The notes: generated by a model not told the origin, from the letters alone. Shown: positions 32,015 to 42,069, counted from the stretch's first letter. The stretch is 64,000 nt of DNA from a bacterium (GCA_029554865.1 JAKPUX010000228.1:25883-89882), one strand, 5' to 3'. A program made the numbers and translations.

Positions 32015-33224
32015 CAAAATACGCGCTGATTTTCCGCTCTTCGCGCAGCCGGAAAACCGCGATCTGGTTTATCTGGACAGTGCGGCCACGACGCACCGGC
32101 CCCGTCAGGTCCTCGAGGCGATCGATGAGTTTTACCGGCGCGATAATGCCAATCCCCACCGCGGGGCTTACCGCCTTGCTGAGAGGGCGACGACGGCTTA
32201 CGAGTCGGCGCGCAGCCGTGTGGCCGCGTTCATCGGCGCCGGCCGCAGTGAGGAGGTCGTCTTCACCCGCAACGCCACCGAGGCGGTCAATCTCGTCGCC
32301 TGGGGCTGGGCGGAGCGCCATGTCCGAGAGGGCGATGAGATCATCGTCACCGAGCTGGAGCACCACAGCAACCTGGTGCCCTGGCAGATGGTGGCGCAGC
32401 GGCGCGGGGCCAAACTGCGTTTCCTGGAATTCGACCAGGCGGGCAATCTCGATCCGGTTCAGCTGGAGGGGCTGCTGAGCGAAAGGAGCCGCCTGCTCGC
32501 CATCACCCAGGTCTCGAATGCCCTCGGTACGATCAATCCCCTGCGCCCCTTTATTGACAAGGCCCATGCCGCCGGAGCGCTCGTCCTGGTGGACGGCGCC
32601 CAGAGCGTACCCCACACGGCTGTCGATGTCCGCGCTCTCGACGCCGATTTTCTGGTCTTTTCCGGGCACAAGATGCTCGGGCCGCTCGGCATCGGGGTCC
32701 TCTATGCCAAAATCGAGCATCTCGAGGCGATGGAGCCCTTCCTGTTCGGGGGCGACATGATCAGCAGCGTCGGCTACCACTCCTCGGAGTGGAACGACGT
32801 CCCATGGAAATTCGAGGCTGGCACCCAGAATGTCGCGGGCGCGGTCGGACTCGCCGCGGCGATGGATTACCTGGACGGGATCGGCATGGAGGCGGTCGCG
32901 GAGCATGACCGCAGGCTGACGCGGCTGGCGGTCGAAAAGCTGGCGCCGATCGATCAGCTCCACCTCTACGGGCCGATGCCTGAGCGGGGACCGGTGGTCT
33001 CTTTCAATCTGGCCACCATTCATCCCCATGACCTCGCCACCTTTCTTGACCAGAAAGGGATCGCCATTCGCTCCGGCCACCACTGCGCCCAGGTGGTGAT
33101 GCGCAAGCTCGGTCTGGCGGCGACGGCGCGGGCCAGTTTTTATCTCTATAATGATGAACAAGATGTGGAACGGCTTGTCACGGGCCTGCTGCAGGCAAAG
33201 GACTATTTCAAAAAATGGCTCTAG
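32001..33224 (+). CDS. sufS: cysteine desulfurase SufS
   Basis: Start MIEVSKIRADFP preceded by GAGGAGGAGA and overlapping the Rieske gene by 14 nt; class V aminotransferase with PLP-Lys SGHKMLGP and active-site RSGHHCA. Confidence 0.9.
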   Translation: MIEVSKIRADFPLFAQPENRDLVYLDSAATTHRPRQVLEAIDEFYRRDNANPHRGAYRLAERATTAYESARSRVAAFIGAGRSEEVVFTRNATEAVNLVAWGWAERHVREGDEIIVTELEHHSNLVPWQMVAQRRGAKLRFLEFDQAGNLDPVQLEGLLSERSRLLAITQVSNALGTINPLRPFIDKAHAAGALVLVDGAQSVPHTAVDVRALDADFLVFSGHKMLGPLGIGVLYAKIEHLEAMEPFLFGGDMISSVGYHSSEWNDVPWKFEAGTQNVAGAVGLAAAMDYLDGIGMEAVAEHDRRLTRLAVEKLAPIDQLHLYGPMPERGPVVSFNLATIHPHDLATFLDQKGIAIRSGHHCAQVVMRKLGLAATARASFYLYNDEQDVERLVTGLLQAKDYFKKWL

Positions 33225-33709
33225 ATGAACTCTATCAGGAAGTGCTGCTCGACCACTACAAGCAGCCGCGCAACAAGGGGGTGCTGGCCGAGCCGGACAT
33301 CCGCCTGGAGCTCAAGAATCCCTTTTGCGGGGATGAGATCCTGCTCACCTTAAAGATGGCAGAGGGACGGGTTGCGGAGGCCGCCTTTGAGGGGCATGGC
33401 TGCGTTATCAGCCAGGCTTCGGCCTCGGTGATGACCGAGAAGATCAAGGGCCTGAGGGTGGAGGAGGTCGCCGCTATTGCCGACCAGTTCACTCATCTGG
33501 TCAGGGAGGGAAAATATGAGCGGCCGGAGGGGGAGGAATTCGACGAGATCGAGGCCTTCGCCGGGGTGTGCGAATTTCCCACTCGGGTCAAGTGTGCCAT
33601 GCTCGCCTGGCGCACCCTGCTGCAGGGGCTGAAGGAGCATGGAGGCAGGGAGCATCTCCATGACCATCATGCGCATGGAGCGGAGGGGGAAACACCAAAC
33701 CGGGGATAG
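33215..33709 (+). CDS. sufU: SufU/IscU-like sulfur-transfer (NifU N-terminal domain) protein
   Basis: 164 aa; NifU-like N-domain Cys motifs (NPFCGDE, GHGCVIS, FPTRVKCAMLAW). Confidence 0.8.
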   Translation: MALDELYQEVLLDHYKQPRNKGVLAEPDIRLELKNPFCGDEILLTLKMAEGRVAEAAFEGHGCVISQASASVMTEKIKGLRVEEVAAIADQFTHLVREGKYERPEGEEFDEIEAFAGVCEFPTRVKCAMLAWRTLLQGLKEHGGREHLHDHHAHGAEGETPNRG

Positions 33710-33763
33710 TCCCACATCGCCGGCAGGGGAGTTTTTTACCTACGGTGCAAAGATCGTAAAGCA

Positions 33764-33793
33764 AAAAAGCCCTCGCGTGTGAGGGCTTTTTTG
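33764..33793. terminator. bidirectional rho-independent terminator between the suf operon and the convergent eut/BMC operon
   Basis: AAAAAAGCCCTCGCGTGTGAGGGCTTTTTT: GC stem with an A-run on the 5' side and a T-run on the 3' side. Confidence 0.65.
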
Positions 33794-33822
33794 CTATCAA
33801 GGAGGAGGTGGTACGGGTGGTG

Positions 33823-34371
33823 CTAAAAAAACTGTGCAAGGATCTCCTTGCGCGGGGAGGGAATGACGATCTTTTCCACCAGCAGTCCGCGGCGTTTGAC
33901 CACGGCCGCGCCGGCGTCGACGGCGGACTGCACAGCGGCGACGTCTCCCGTCAGGGTGACATAGGCCTTGCCGCCGATGGCCATGGCGATATGGATTTCG
34001 AGCAGATCGACGGCGGCGGCCTTGACCGCAGCATCGGCGGCCTCGATGGCGGAGGCGACCGAAAAGGATTCGATGATGCCGAGGGCGCGCAGTTCCGGGG
34101 TATGGGAAATGCCGCTCAGGGCGGGGAAGACGCTGCGGTGGACATTGGGGATGACAAAATGGTCGACCACCTGATGGCCGCCCAGCTCCACTCCGGTCTC
34201 GATGCTCGCGTTGACGTCATCGACATCGCCGTTGACCAGGACCATATATTTGCCCGGGCAGATGGTGCGATTGACCACCACCTCGACCAGGGCCCGCTTG
34301 ACCATCGCATCTGCCACCTCGATGCCTTTGGCGATGCTTGAGAGTTCGACCAGACCTATTGCAGCAGCCAT
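33823..34371 (-). CDS. pduT: BMC-T shell protein, PduT-like (tandem BMC domains, Fe-S cysteine)
   Basis: 182 aa; two BMC domains; conserved RTICPGKYM matching the PduT [4Fe-4S]-ligating KTICPGKF. Confidence 0.85.
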   Translation of the reverse strand: MAAAIGLVELSSIAKGIEVADAMVKRALVEVVVNRTICPGKYMVLVNGDVDDVNASIETGVELGGHQVVDHFVIPNVHRSVFPALSGISHTPELRALGIIESFSVASAIEAADAAVKAAAVDLLEIHIAMAIGGKAYVTLTGDVAAVQSAVDAGAAVVKRRGLLVEKIVIPSPRKEILAQFF

Positions 34372-34395
34372 GATACTATCCTGCCTTGTAATTTG

Positions 34396-35745
34396 TTAAC
34401 CCTTGATGACGATACTTTTTTCGGATACGGCGGCGACGATGCCGGAGATGGAGGCGTGCACCGGGCAGCCCAGTTTTTCCTCGGCCACCTCGGCGATGAC
34501 CTGCCCCTTGACGACCCGGTCCCCGCTTTTGATCACAGGGACCGCGGGGGCCCCAATGTGCTGCTGCAGGGGCAGCTCGACCTCGGCCGGTGCAAAGTTC
34601 AGCTCCCTGAAGTGGGCCTTGCGGTCGTAGGGCTTGATGCCCAGGCGCTGATAGAGCATGGTGATCGGAATTTCACGGCTGCTGCGCACGGGATGGACAT
34701 CGAGAAAGAGCTCCTTAAGCTCTTCAGTGGTGCGCGAGATCTGTTTCTCGCGCAGCAGCTTTTTGGCGTCGACGCAGATGTTCTTGGGATCGAGCTTCTC
34801 CGGGCAGCTGAAGAGCGAACAGATATTGCATTCGCAGCAGTAGGCCGCCCAGAGTGAGTAGCGCTCCTTCTCGCTGCCGGTCATGAGCAGCGAGCGCATC
34901 ACCTTGTGCGGCTGGATCGGATAGCCGAGCAGGTAGCGCGGGCAGAGCTCAGTGCAGAGCGTGCACTGATCGCAGCAGCTGTGGCCGATGCGTTGATACT
35001 GGGCGGGCGGGGTAAGTTTGCGCACTGCCACCGGATGGTCCGCGGGCAGAAAAATGAGGCCGCCGTTGGTCTTGACGACGGGCAGGGCGAGATCGTTCTC
35101 GACTCCGCCCATCATGATGCCGCCGGTGAAGACCACCGGGCGGTTGAGGGTGGTGCCGCCGGCGAGAGCGAGGAGGTCGCTGAAGCGGGTGCCGACCGGG
35201 ATGCGCACGGTCATGGCTTCGCCGACGGCCCCGGTGATGGTGACATATTTATCCGTTACCGCATCTCCGCGCACGGCGCGGGCGATGTTGACAATGGTTT
35301 CGACGTTGTTGACGATGGCGCCGACATGCAGGGGCAGGCCGCCGGGGGGAATCTGCCGGCCGGTGATCTCGTAGACCAGCACATACTCGTCGCCGGCGGG
35401 ATAGACATCCTCCATGATGAAGAGGTCAAAGCCGAGTTTTTCGGCATCGGGCCGGAGGAGGGCGGCGACGTCGCTGTTCTTGCGCTTGACAGCTATGGTC
35501 ACCCTGCGGGCTCCGGTGAGCTGCTGCATGATCGACAGCCCTTCCAGGAGAAGCTCCTTTTCCTGGAGCATGACCTCGCGATCCTTGTACATCATCGGTT
35601 CGCATTCGGCGCCGTTGGCGATGATCTGTTCGACGCGGGCGTCCAGTTTTTTATAGGTGGGGAATCCCGCCCCTCCTGCGCCGACAACCCCTGCGGCGCG
35701 TATTTTCCGGAGGATGGTGCTGTTATCTTCCATCAGAATGCTCAA
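34396..35745 (-). CDS. pduS: PduS-like RnfC-family flavo/Fe-S oxidoreductase
   Basis: 449 aa; AGVVGAGGAGFPT NADH/FMN motif, two ferredoxin-type Cys clusters (CCDQCTLCTELCP, CCECNICSLFCP) and a C-terminal barrel-like domain; start could be M1 or M5. Confidence 0.75.
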   Translation of the reverse strand: MSILMEDNSTILRKIRAAGVVGAGGAGFPTYKKLDARVEQIIANGAECEPMMYKDREVMLQEKELLLEGLSIMQQLTGARRVTIAVKRKNSDVAALLRPDAEKLGFDLFIMEDVYPAGDEYVLVYEITGRQIPPGGLPLHVGAIVNNVETIVNIARAVRGDAVTDKYVTITGAVGEAMTVRIPVGTRFSDLLALAGGTTLNRPVVFTGGIMMGGVENDLALPVVKTNGGLIFLPADHPVAVRKLTPPAQYQRIGHSCCDQCTLCTELCPRYLLGYPIQPHKVMRSLLMTGSEKERYSLWAAYCCECNICSLFSCPEKLDPKNICVDAKKLLREKQISRTTEELKELFLDVHPVRSSREIPITMLYQRLGIKPYDRKAHFRELNFAPAEVELPLQQHIGAPAVPVIKSGDRVVKGQVIAEVAEEKLGCPVHASISGIVAAVSEKSIVIKG

Positions 35746-36562
35746 AGGTTTGATTCATGGTGATGGCCAGGGGAGTCAAATAGAGGGGTTCCGAGGGCAG
35801 AATGACCTCCAGGCCCGGCAATTCGGCGGCGAAGATATCGGCTGCGCCCGGGAAGCAGCAGGTGCCGCCGCTGAGATAGAGTTGTTCGACCGGACGGTCG
35901 GCGAGATGGGTTCTGATGATATCCGCCATCTTTTCAAAGACCGGCTGGATGATGGGCAGAATCTGCGCAGCGTCTGGGCCGCGCTTGATCGCTTCCGCTT
36001 CTTCATAGGAGATGCGTCGATTGCCGGCCAGGGTGAGGGTGACATGCCGGCCGCCGGTGGGCTCGTCGGCGGAATAGACGATCCGTCCCCCTTCGACGAC
36101 GGAGATGCCGGTGGTGCCGCCGCCGATGTCGACGACGGCGCCGCGGTCGATCTCGAGCAGCCGGGCCACCACCGAGGGTTCGTCGAGCATTCCGGTCACA
36201 TTCAGATTGGCAGCCTTCAGAACGTTGACGCAGGCATAGGGATCAGTGCCCGGAGGGAAAGAAGTGGAGGCGGTGGTGAAGTGCTGACCGAGTTTCTCCT
36301 CCGCTTTGGCGACCAGGGACTTGACGATCTGAATGGCCCCGAAATAGTCGAGCACCACCCCGTCGCGAACAACATCGGCCCATTCGAGAAAGGCGGCATG
36401 GGGCTCGCCGCTCTCGTCGCAGGCGATGAGGACGACGTCGGCGGTGCCGAGGTCGATGCCCAGGTGGCAGGGAGGGGCTCCGGTCACCCGCCGCTTGTTG
36501 TTGACCAGGGCGGCGACGCGCCGCAGGCGTTGATTCACCCTATCCAGTGCGGACATGGTCAT
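35723..36562 (-). CDS. eutJ: ethanolamine utilisation protein EutJ (actin/Hsp70-like ATPase)
   Basis: Start at MTMSALDRV immediately after the aldehyde dehydrogenase stop (the ORF track extends to 36706 across the upstream gene); ASKHA ATPase motifs LGIDLGTADVV and VVDIGGGTTGISV. Confidence 0.8.
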   Translation of the reverse strand: MTMSALDRVNQRLRRVAALVNNKRRVTGAPPCHLGIDLGTADVVLIACDESGEPHAAFLEWADVVRDGVVLDYFGAIQIVKSLVAKAEEKLGQHFTTASTSFPPGTDPYACVNVLKAANLNVTGMLDEPSVVARLLEIDRGAVVDIGGGTTGISVVEGGRIVYSADEPTGGRHVTLTLAGNRRISYEEAEAIKRGPDAAQILPIIQPVFEKMADIIRTHLADRPVEQLYLSGGTCCFPGAADIFAAELPGLEVILPSEPLYLTPLAITMNQTFEHSDGR

Positions 36563-36564
36563 CC

Positions 36565-37980
36565 TCAGACAATGCGGAAATGGTCGACGATGACGCAGCG
36601 GCGCAGGCGGACGAAGGTGCGGCTGCAGGTAACTCCTTCGCCGGTGGGGGTGGAGATGGTCATCGAGGTCCAGCCCTCCCCTCCGAAGCCAAGGCCGGCG
36701 ATGCACGGGCCGTTCTTGACGAAGATGCTGGTGTTAATCTCGCGCGACATGCGGTGGAGATGGTCGATGTTGCGCGAATGCATCGCGGCGGTATGGTGCA
36801 GCCCGTGTTCGAGCTCGATGGCGAGATCGATGGCGGCGTCGGCGTTGGCGGCGCGGATGAGGGAAATGACCGGCATCATCAGTTCGATCTGGGCGAAGGG
36901 ATGGGACTTGTCGGTTTCGGTGAAAAGCAGGCGCGTATCCGGGGGCACCTGGATGCCCGCCTCGCGGGCGATGACGGTGGCGTCCCGGCCGACCATCTTG
37001 CGGTTGATGACCGGATTGGGCCCGGGATACTCCTTCAGGATGACCTGGGCTACGGCCTCGGCCTGGCGGGCGTCAAGCTCGACTGCGCGGTTCTTCGCCA
37101 TTTCGCGTTTAAGCTGATCGGCGACGCTGTCGACGACGATGATTTCCTTCTCGTCGGCGCAGATGATGTTGTTGTCGAAAGAGGCGCCGGAAACGATGCA
37201 GGCGGCAGCGTGGGGGATATCCGCGCTCTCGTCGACGACCACCGGGGGATTGCCGGCGCCAGCGGCGATGAGACGCTTGTCGGTCTGGCGCCTCGCTTCA
37301 TGGACCACGGCCTCGCCGCCCGTGACGACAAGCAGACCGATGCCCGGGTATTTGAAGAGCTGCTGAGCGGTCTCGATGGTGGGCTGGGCCACGGCGGTGA
37401 GCAGGTTGTGGGGTCCGCCGGCAGCCACCACCGCTTCATTGAGCAGGCTGATGGTGCGCTGCGAGACCCGTTTGGCCGCCGGATGAGGCGCAAAGACCAC
37501 CGAGTTGCCGGCACTGACCATGCTGATCGCATTGTTGATCACCGTGGCCGCCGGATTAGTCGAAGGGGTCACTGAGGCGATGACGCCCCAGGGGGCGTTC
37601 TCGATCAGGGTGAGGCCGTGATCACCCGAGATCGCCTCGGCGTGGATCACCTCAGGGCCGGGGGTCCTGAGGGCCTGCGAGGTGTTCTTCGCCACCTTGT
37701 CCTCGACCCTGCCCATGCCGGTCTCCTCGACCGCCAGTTCGGCCAGTTCACGCGCGTGGCGTGCGCCGGCTTCACGCATGGCGAGAATAATCTTGTCCCT
37801 GAATTCCAGATTGCCGATTCTCTTCTGCGCGGCGGTTGCGGCGGCGACCGCTTCGTCGAGGGTCGCGAAGATACCGGCGGGCAGCGCGGATCTGCCGGTG
37901 GTATCACCCGACGTTGTGGTGCGCATGCGTTCTACCACCGCCTCGACGATGCGGGCGACCTCTTGTTGACTCAAATCCAT
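36565..37980 (-). CDS. eutE: CoA-acylating aldehyde dehydrogenase (EutE/PduP-like) with N-terminal encapsulation peptide
   Basis: 471 aa; ALDH-fold catalytic Cys region (NNIICADEKE), amphipathic N-terminus MDLSQQEVARIVEAVVERM. Confidence 0.9.
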   Translation of the reverse strand: MDLSQQEVARIVEAVVERMRTTTSGDTTGRSALPAGIFATLDEAVAAATAAQKRIGNLEFRDKIILAMREAGARHARELAELAVEETGMGRVEDKVAKNTSQALRTPGPEVIHAEAISGDHGLTLIENAPWGVIASVTPSTNPAATVINNAISMVSAGNSVVFAPHPAAKRVSQRTISLLNEAVVAAGGPHNLLTAVAQPTIETAQQLFKYPGIGLLVVTGGEAVVHEARRQTDKRLIAAGAGNPPVVVDESADIPHAAACIVSGASFDNNIICADEKEIIVVDSVADQLKREMAKNRAVELDARQAEAVAQVILKEYPGPNPVINRKMVGRDATVIAREAGIQVPPDTRLLFTETDKSHPFAQIELMMPVISLIRAANADAAIDLAIELEHGLHHTAAMHSRNIDHLHRMSREINTSIFVKNGPCIAGLGFGGEGWTSMTISTPTGEGVTCSRTFVRLRRCVIVDHFRIV

Positions 37981-37998
37981 TACGGGTTCTCCCTCTTA

Positions 37999-38295
37999 TC
38001 AGGCCGATTCACTTTTCTGATAGAGCACCCCGGCCTCCGAACTTACGGTATCGATGATGCCGACGATGGTGAGATCGATCGGCGTAGCGTTGTTGATGGA
38101 AACGCGGGCGGAGCTGCCGCGCACCACCAGGACCCACTCCCCCTCGCCGGCTCCGATGGTGTCGAGGGCGACCTGGGTTTTACCCGCCGCCTTGCCGTGT
38201 TCATCGATAAACCGGACGAGCAGCAGTTTGCCAATGGCCAGTTGCTCCATTTTGACGGTGGAGACCACCTGGCCGACCACTTTTCCGAGTTCCAT
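37999..38295 (-). CDS. eutN: BMC vertex (pentamer) protein EutN/CcmL family
   Basis: 98 aa; MELGKVVGQVVSTVK...GKLLLVRF... BMC-P signature. Confidence 0.85.
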   Translation of the reverse strand: MELGKVVGQVVSTVKMEQLAIGKLLLVRFIDEHGKAAGKTQVALDTIGAGEGEWVLVVRGSSARVSINNATPIDLTIVGIIDTVSSEAGVLYQKSESA

Positions 38296-38368
38296 AGGTA
38301 CCTCTGCAGGTGCCTGCGAGGCGCTTTACGTCCCCGGCCGGACGGCCAGGGACGGGCACGCCTGCAGA

Positions 38369-38656
38369 TTACTTGATCTCGCCTTTCATCTTGATCGGGA
38401 AGATATCTTCCAGATCGCCATGGGGGCGCGGAATGACATGGACCGAAATCAGCTCGCCGATTTTCTGGGCGGCGGCTGCGCCGGCATCCGTGGCTGCTTT
38501 ACAAGCCGCAACATCGCCGCGCACAAGGGCGGTTACATAACCGGATCCGATCTGATGGAATCCGACCAGCTTGACCCGCGCCGCTTTGACCATCGCATCC
38601 GAGGCCTCGATGAGCGCCACCAGACCACGGGTTTCAATCATACCCAATGCTTCCAT
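38369..38656 (-). CDS. eutM: BMC-H shell protein EutM (copy 1)
   Basis: 95 aa; [32 protein letters not shown]..., near-identical to canonical EutM. Confidence 0.9.
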   Translation of the reverse strand: MEALGMIETRGLVALIEASDAMVKAARVKLVGFHQIGSGYVTALVRGDVAACKAATDAGAAAAQKIGELISVHVIPRPHGDLEDIFPIKMKGEIK

Positions 38657-38682
38657 ACCACTTTCTCCTTTCCTTGGAAAAA

Positions 38683-38973
38683 TTACCCTTCAATAGTGCC
38701 TTTCATCTTGATCGGGAAGATATCTTCCAGATCGCCATGAGGACGCGGGATAACATGTACGGAGATCAGTTCGCCGATTTTCTGCGCCGCTGCGGCGCCG
38801 GCGTCAGTGGCCGCCTTACAGGCCGCGACATCGCCGCGCACCAAGGCGGTCACATAACCGGACCCGATCTGGTGGAACCCCACCAGTTTCACTCTCGCCG
38901 CCTTGACCATAGCATCCGAGGCTTCGATCAGCGCGACAAGTCCTCTGGTTTCGATCATTCCCAGTGCTTCCAT
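38683..38973 (-). CDS. eutM: BMC-H shell protein EutM (copy 2)
   Basis: 96 aa; protein identical to copy 1 over the first 92 residues, with a different C-terminal tail. Confidence 0.9.
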   Translation of the reverse strand: MEALGMIETRGLVALIEASDAMVKAARVKLVGFHQIGSGYVTALVRGDVAACKAATDAGAAAAQKIGELISVHVIPRPHGDLEDIFPIKMKGTIEG

Positions 38974-39011
38974 GAGTTACTCCTCGTTAGTTATTGGTAT
39001 GTTGAAAGAGA

Positions 39012-39995
39012 TCAACTTCTCGCCATATAAGCGGCTGTCATGGAGATTTCGACGATATCCTCCCAACTGCAGCCGCGGGAGAGGTCATGCATTGGTTTGC
39101 ACAGCCCCTGCAGGAAGGGGCCGAGCGCCTTGAATCCGCCCAGACGTTCCACCAGCTTGTAGCCGATATTGCCTGCGTTGAGATCGGGGAAGATGAAGAC
39201 ATTGGCCTGGCCCGCCACCGGGCTCCCCGGGGCCTTTTTGGCGGCGACCGCCGGCACAAAGGCCGCATCGAACTGGAGTTCGCCGTCCACCTTGAGATTG
39301 GGGGCCTTGGCCTTAACCAGCTCCGTCGCCTGCCGCATCTTGTCGACCTTGGCGTGGCTGGCGCTCCCCTTGGAGGAGAAGGAGAGCATCGCGACCCTGG
39401 GTTCGTTGGCGGTCAGCCGTTCATACTGCGCGGCCGTAGCCACAGCGATGTCGGCCAGCTGCTCGGGGGTCGGATCGGGGAGCACCGCCGCATCGGCAAA
39501 GGCGTAGACCGACTCGCCGTCGGGGGAGATCATCGCAAAAAAGCTCGAGACCGTGCGCAGGCCGGGGGCCACGCCAAGGACGTGAATAGCCGCGCGCAGC
39601 ACATTGGCCGTCGACGACAGGTTGCCGGCGATGCAGAGATCCGCCTGGGCGTCGCGGAGCAGCATGGCCCCCATGTAAAGGGGATCATCGAGGCGCTGGC
39701 CGGCCTCATAGGCGGTCATGCCCTTCTCCTTGCGCGACTCGTGCAGGATGCGCACATAACGTTCGCGCTCCGGCACATGCTGGGGATGAAGGATGACCAG
39801 ACCGCGGGTCGGGATGTGCACCTTGTCCGCGAATTCCCGCAGTTCGAAGCGGCCGCCGAGGAGGATGGGCTGGGCGAGGCGTTCATCCTTGAGGTAGCGG
39901 GCCGCTCGCAGCACCCGTTCATCGCGGGCGTCGGGAAAGACAATGCGGCGCGGCTGCCAGCGGCAGTATTCGGTGGCGAGATGGATCAGCTTCAT
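39012..39995 (-). CDS. pta: phosphate acetyltransferase (Pta/EutD-type, short form)
   Basis: 327 aa; phosphate acetyl/butyryltransferase family (…[19 protein letters not shown]…SSKGSASH…). Confidence 0.85.
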   Translation of the reverse strand: MKLIHLATEYCRWQPRRIVFPDARDERVLRAARYLKDERLAQPILLGGRFELREFADKVHIPTRGLVILHPQHVPERERYVRILHESRKEKGMTAYEAGQRLDDPLYMGAMLLRDAQADLCIAGNLSSTANVLRAAIHVLGVAPGLRTVSSFFAMISPDGESVYAFADAAVLPDPTPEQLADIAVATAAQYERLTANEPRVAMLSFSSKGSASHAKVDKMRQATELVKAKAPNLKVDGELQFDAAFVPAVAAKKAPGSPVAGQANVFIFPDLNAGNIGYKLVERLGGFKALGPFLQGLCKPMHDLSRGCSWEDIVEISMTAAYMARS

Positions 39996-40816
39996 CGTTC
40001 GAGCACCACTTTTTCGAGAGTGAGCTGTTTGCCCTGTTCGGCCAGCAGGGTCAGCAGCATGAGCACATAGAGGGCGCTGCTGAGGCGATTGGCCGCCTGG
40101 ATCAGATCGGGACGGGTGACGGTGAGGTCCGGGGCGATAAAGACCCTGGCGGCCTCGACCTCCGCCTCACGCACCTGGGCGCGCAGCAGATTAAGCAGCG
40201 CCACATTACGGCCGTGACTCATCTCCGGGACGATGTGGTCGTGGCCCAGATACTTGAGGGGGTTGTGCGAGACCGCATGGACCACATTTTCATCGGCGCC
40301 GCCGAGGGCGATCGGGATCATCGTCTCCCCGCTCACCTCGCTTTTAAGCAGATTGCCGAGGTAGGAGCGGACGTCCGCGAGATAGGGGTGGAGCCAGGGG
40401 AACTTGTTCTCGCGATCGAATTCGATCTGGACCAGGACCGTGTGAGCGATCAGGGTGTCGATCTTGCCGCGCAGGGCGATGCGGGGGTGGTTCTTGACCA
40501 CCATGGTGTTGGTATCCAGATGGGTGAGGGCTTCAGGTTTCTTCGCCACCGGCTGATGGCAGAGCAGACACTCCGCCTTCTGGCCTCCGGTGCTGCTGGT
40601 CAGGGGATGTACCTGCACGGGAGCCTCCTCGCCGCTCTTGTCCGGATTGAAGACCCGGCCTTCGGCGTCGATGTATTTGATGACGATCTTGCGTTCTTCG
40701 AGCAGCTGATGCGCGGCCGGGGTCAGTCGGCTGTCGAGGGGGAGATGGACCTCGGTGCCCCAGCCCAGACCGAATTTTTCGCGCAGCCAGCCCTCGGTGA
40801 TATATTCGGAAGCCAT
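39992..40816 (-). CDS. eutT: EutT-type cobalamin adenosyltransferase
   Basis: 274 aa; recalled EutT blocks [68 protein letters not shown]. Confidence 0.75.
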   Translation of the reverse strand: MASEYITEGWLREKFGLGWGTEVHLPLDSRLTPAAHQLLEERKIVIKYIDAEGRVFNPDKSGEEAPVQVHPLTSSTGGQKAECLLCHQPVAKKPEALTHLDTNTMVVKNHPRIALRGKIDTLIAHTVLVQIEFDRENKFPWLHPYLADVRSYLGNLLKSEVSGETMIPIALGGADENVVHAVSHNPLKYLGHDHIVPEMSHGRNVALLNLLRAQVREAEVEAARVFIAPDLTVTRPDLIQAANRLSSALYVLMLLTLLAEQGKQLTLEKVVLER

Positions 40817-40820
40817 ACGC

Positions 40821-41588
40821 TTATCCCTGTTTTTGCGACGCCCAGTCCGCCGGATAGGTCACGTACATGATCTTGGTATAGGTGGGCGTGCCGAAGATGA
40901 TCTGGCTGCCCTTGGGGATGTAAAATACATCCCCCACCTTGCCCTCGAAGCATTTGCCGTTGATGGTGATGGCCAGGGTGCCCTGGAGGACGATGTCGAT
41001 CTCGTCGTAATTGAGGGTCCAGGCGAAGGAGTCCATCTTGCGCCAGGACATGAATCCGGCGCACATAGGCGAACGGTCCGTCGAGGTGATGACGTCGGCG
41101 AGGCGCACCTGTTTACCGGGCCCGGCCTCTGGCATGATATCCATACGCACCGAGCCGCCGCGCACCACGATCAGGCCGCTGTCGTCGACCACGCGCTGGC
41201 AGCAGGGGGCAGTGGGGGCGAGGGCCGCGGTGATGGAGGGCTGGCTCACGGGCAGGGGTGAAGGCGACGGCGGACAGGCTGCGGGCGGCTGCTGCAGCTG
41301 TTCCGCGACCAGCCGGGCGATCGTGGCGGGGTCGCGTTTGTCCGCGGGCAGCCGCTGGATGACCTGGGCGGCGATGGCTTTGACCAGCTCCTGGTCGCCG
41401 CCGGCGGCCTGGGCCCTCTGCTGCAGGGGGCAGCTCTCGCTTCCCGGCTCGACGAAGCAGATGCCGAACTTGGCGGCCAGGGTGGCTGCTTCGGGGGTGA
41501 TGATGGTCGTCTGCACCGAGGCCGGCAGCTCCTTGATGCCAGCGGTGCAGGCTTCTTTTATGGTCTGGGCTGTGATCAGTTTTTTCAT
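40821..41588 (-). CDS. eutQ: ethanolamine utilisation protein EutQ (cupin)
   Basis: 255 aa; N-terminal MKKLITAQ...IITPEAATLA and C-terminal cupin AGFMSW...WTLNYDEIDIVLQG...GDVFYIPKGSQIIFGTP matching EutQ. Confidence 0.85.
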   Translation of the reverse strand: MKKLITAQTIKEACTAGIKELPASVQTTIITPEAATLAAKFGICFVEPGSESCPLQQRAQAAGGDQELVKAIAAQVIQRLPADKRDPATIARLVAEQLQQPPAACPPSPSPLPVSQPSITAALAPTAPCCQRVVDDSGLIVVRGGSVRMDIMPEAGPGKQVRLADVITSTDRSPMCAGFMSWRKMDSFAWTLNYDEIDIVLQGTLAITINGKCFEGKVGDVFYIPKGSQIIFGTPTYTKIMYVTYPADWASQKQG

Positions 41589-41601
41589 TTTGGTTTCCTT
41601 T

Positions 41602-42069
41602 TTACTCTCCCGGATGGACGGCAGAAAAGGGCTCCCTGCTCAGAAAACGGCGCAAGGCATCGATGCTTTCGGGCTGGTAGACCGAGACCGGATAGATGGG
41701 GCCCTGGATGCCCGCATCCCGGATGAGCTCCTCGACCTCGGAGACCCGGGCATCCTCAAGATCGATTTTGGAAATGACGCCGATGATTTGTTTGGTCTCA
41801 TAGATATGAAACAAGCCAAAAGGCAGTTTGCGCTCCAGGGAGTTGGCCTGGTGCACATAGACAATGGTCTGGATATCGGTCATGGTCGAGATGAGCGCCG
41901 TATAGAGCCGGGGATTGTCAAAGTACTCGCCCGGGGTGTCGATGGTGCACTCATCGTGAAAGACCAGGGCCTGGGTTTTCTGGACCTCCCCCAGCCGGCC
42001 GAGCAGGGCTGCAAAGAGAGTCGACTTGCCCACCCCGGTGCCGCCGATGAGGATAAAATTGTTGAGCAT
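41602..42069 (-). CDS. eutP: EutP/PduV-family GTPase
   Basis: Start at [17 protein letters not shown] (the ORF track extends to 42318 in another gene's frame); P-loop plus DTPGEY switch; ATGA overlap with the eutS stop. Confidence 0.85.
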   Translation of the reverse strand: MLNNFILIGGTGVGKSTLFAALLGRLGEVQKTQALVFHDECTIDTPGEYFDNPRLYTALISTMTDIQTIVYVHQANSLERKLPFGLFHIYETKQIIGVISKIDLEDARVSEVEELIRDAGIQGPIYPVSVYQPESIDALRRFLSREPFSAVHPGE

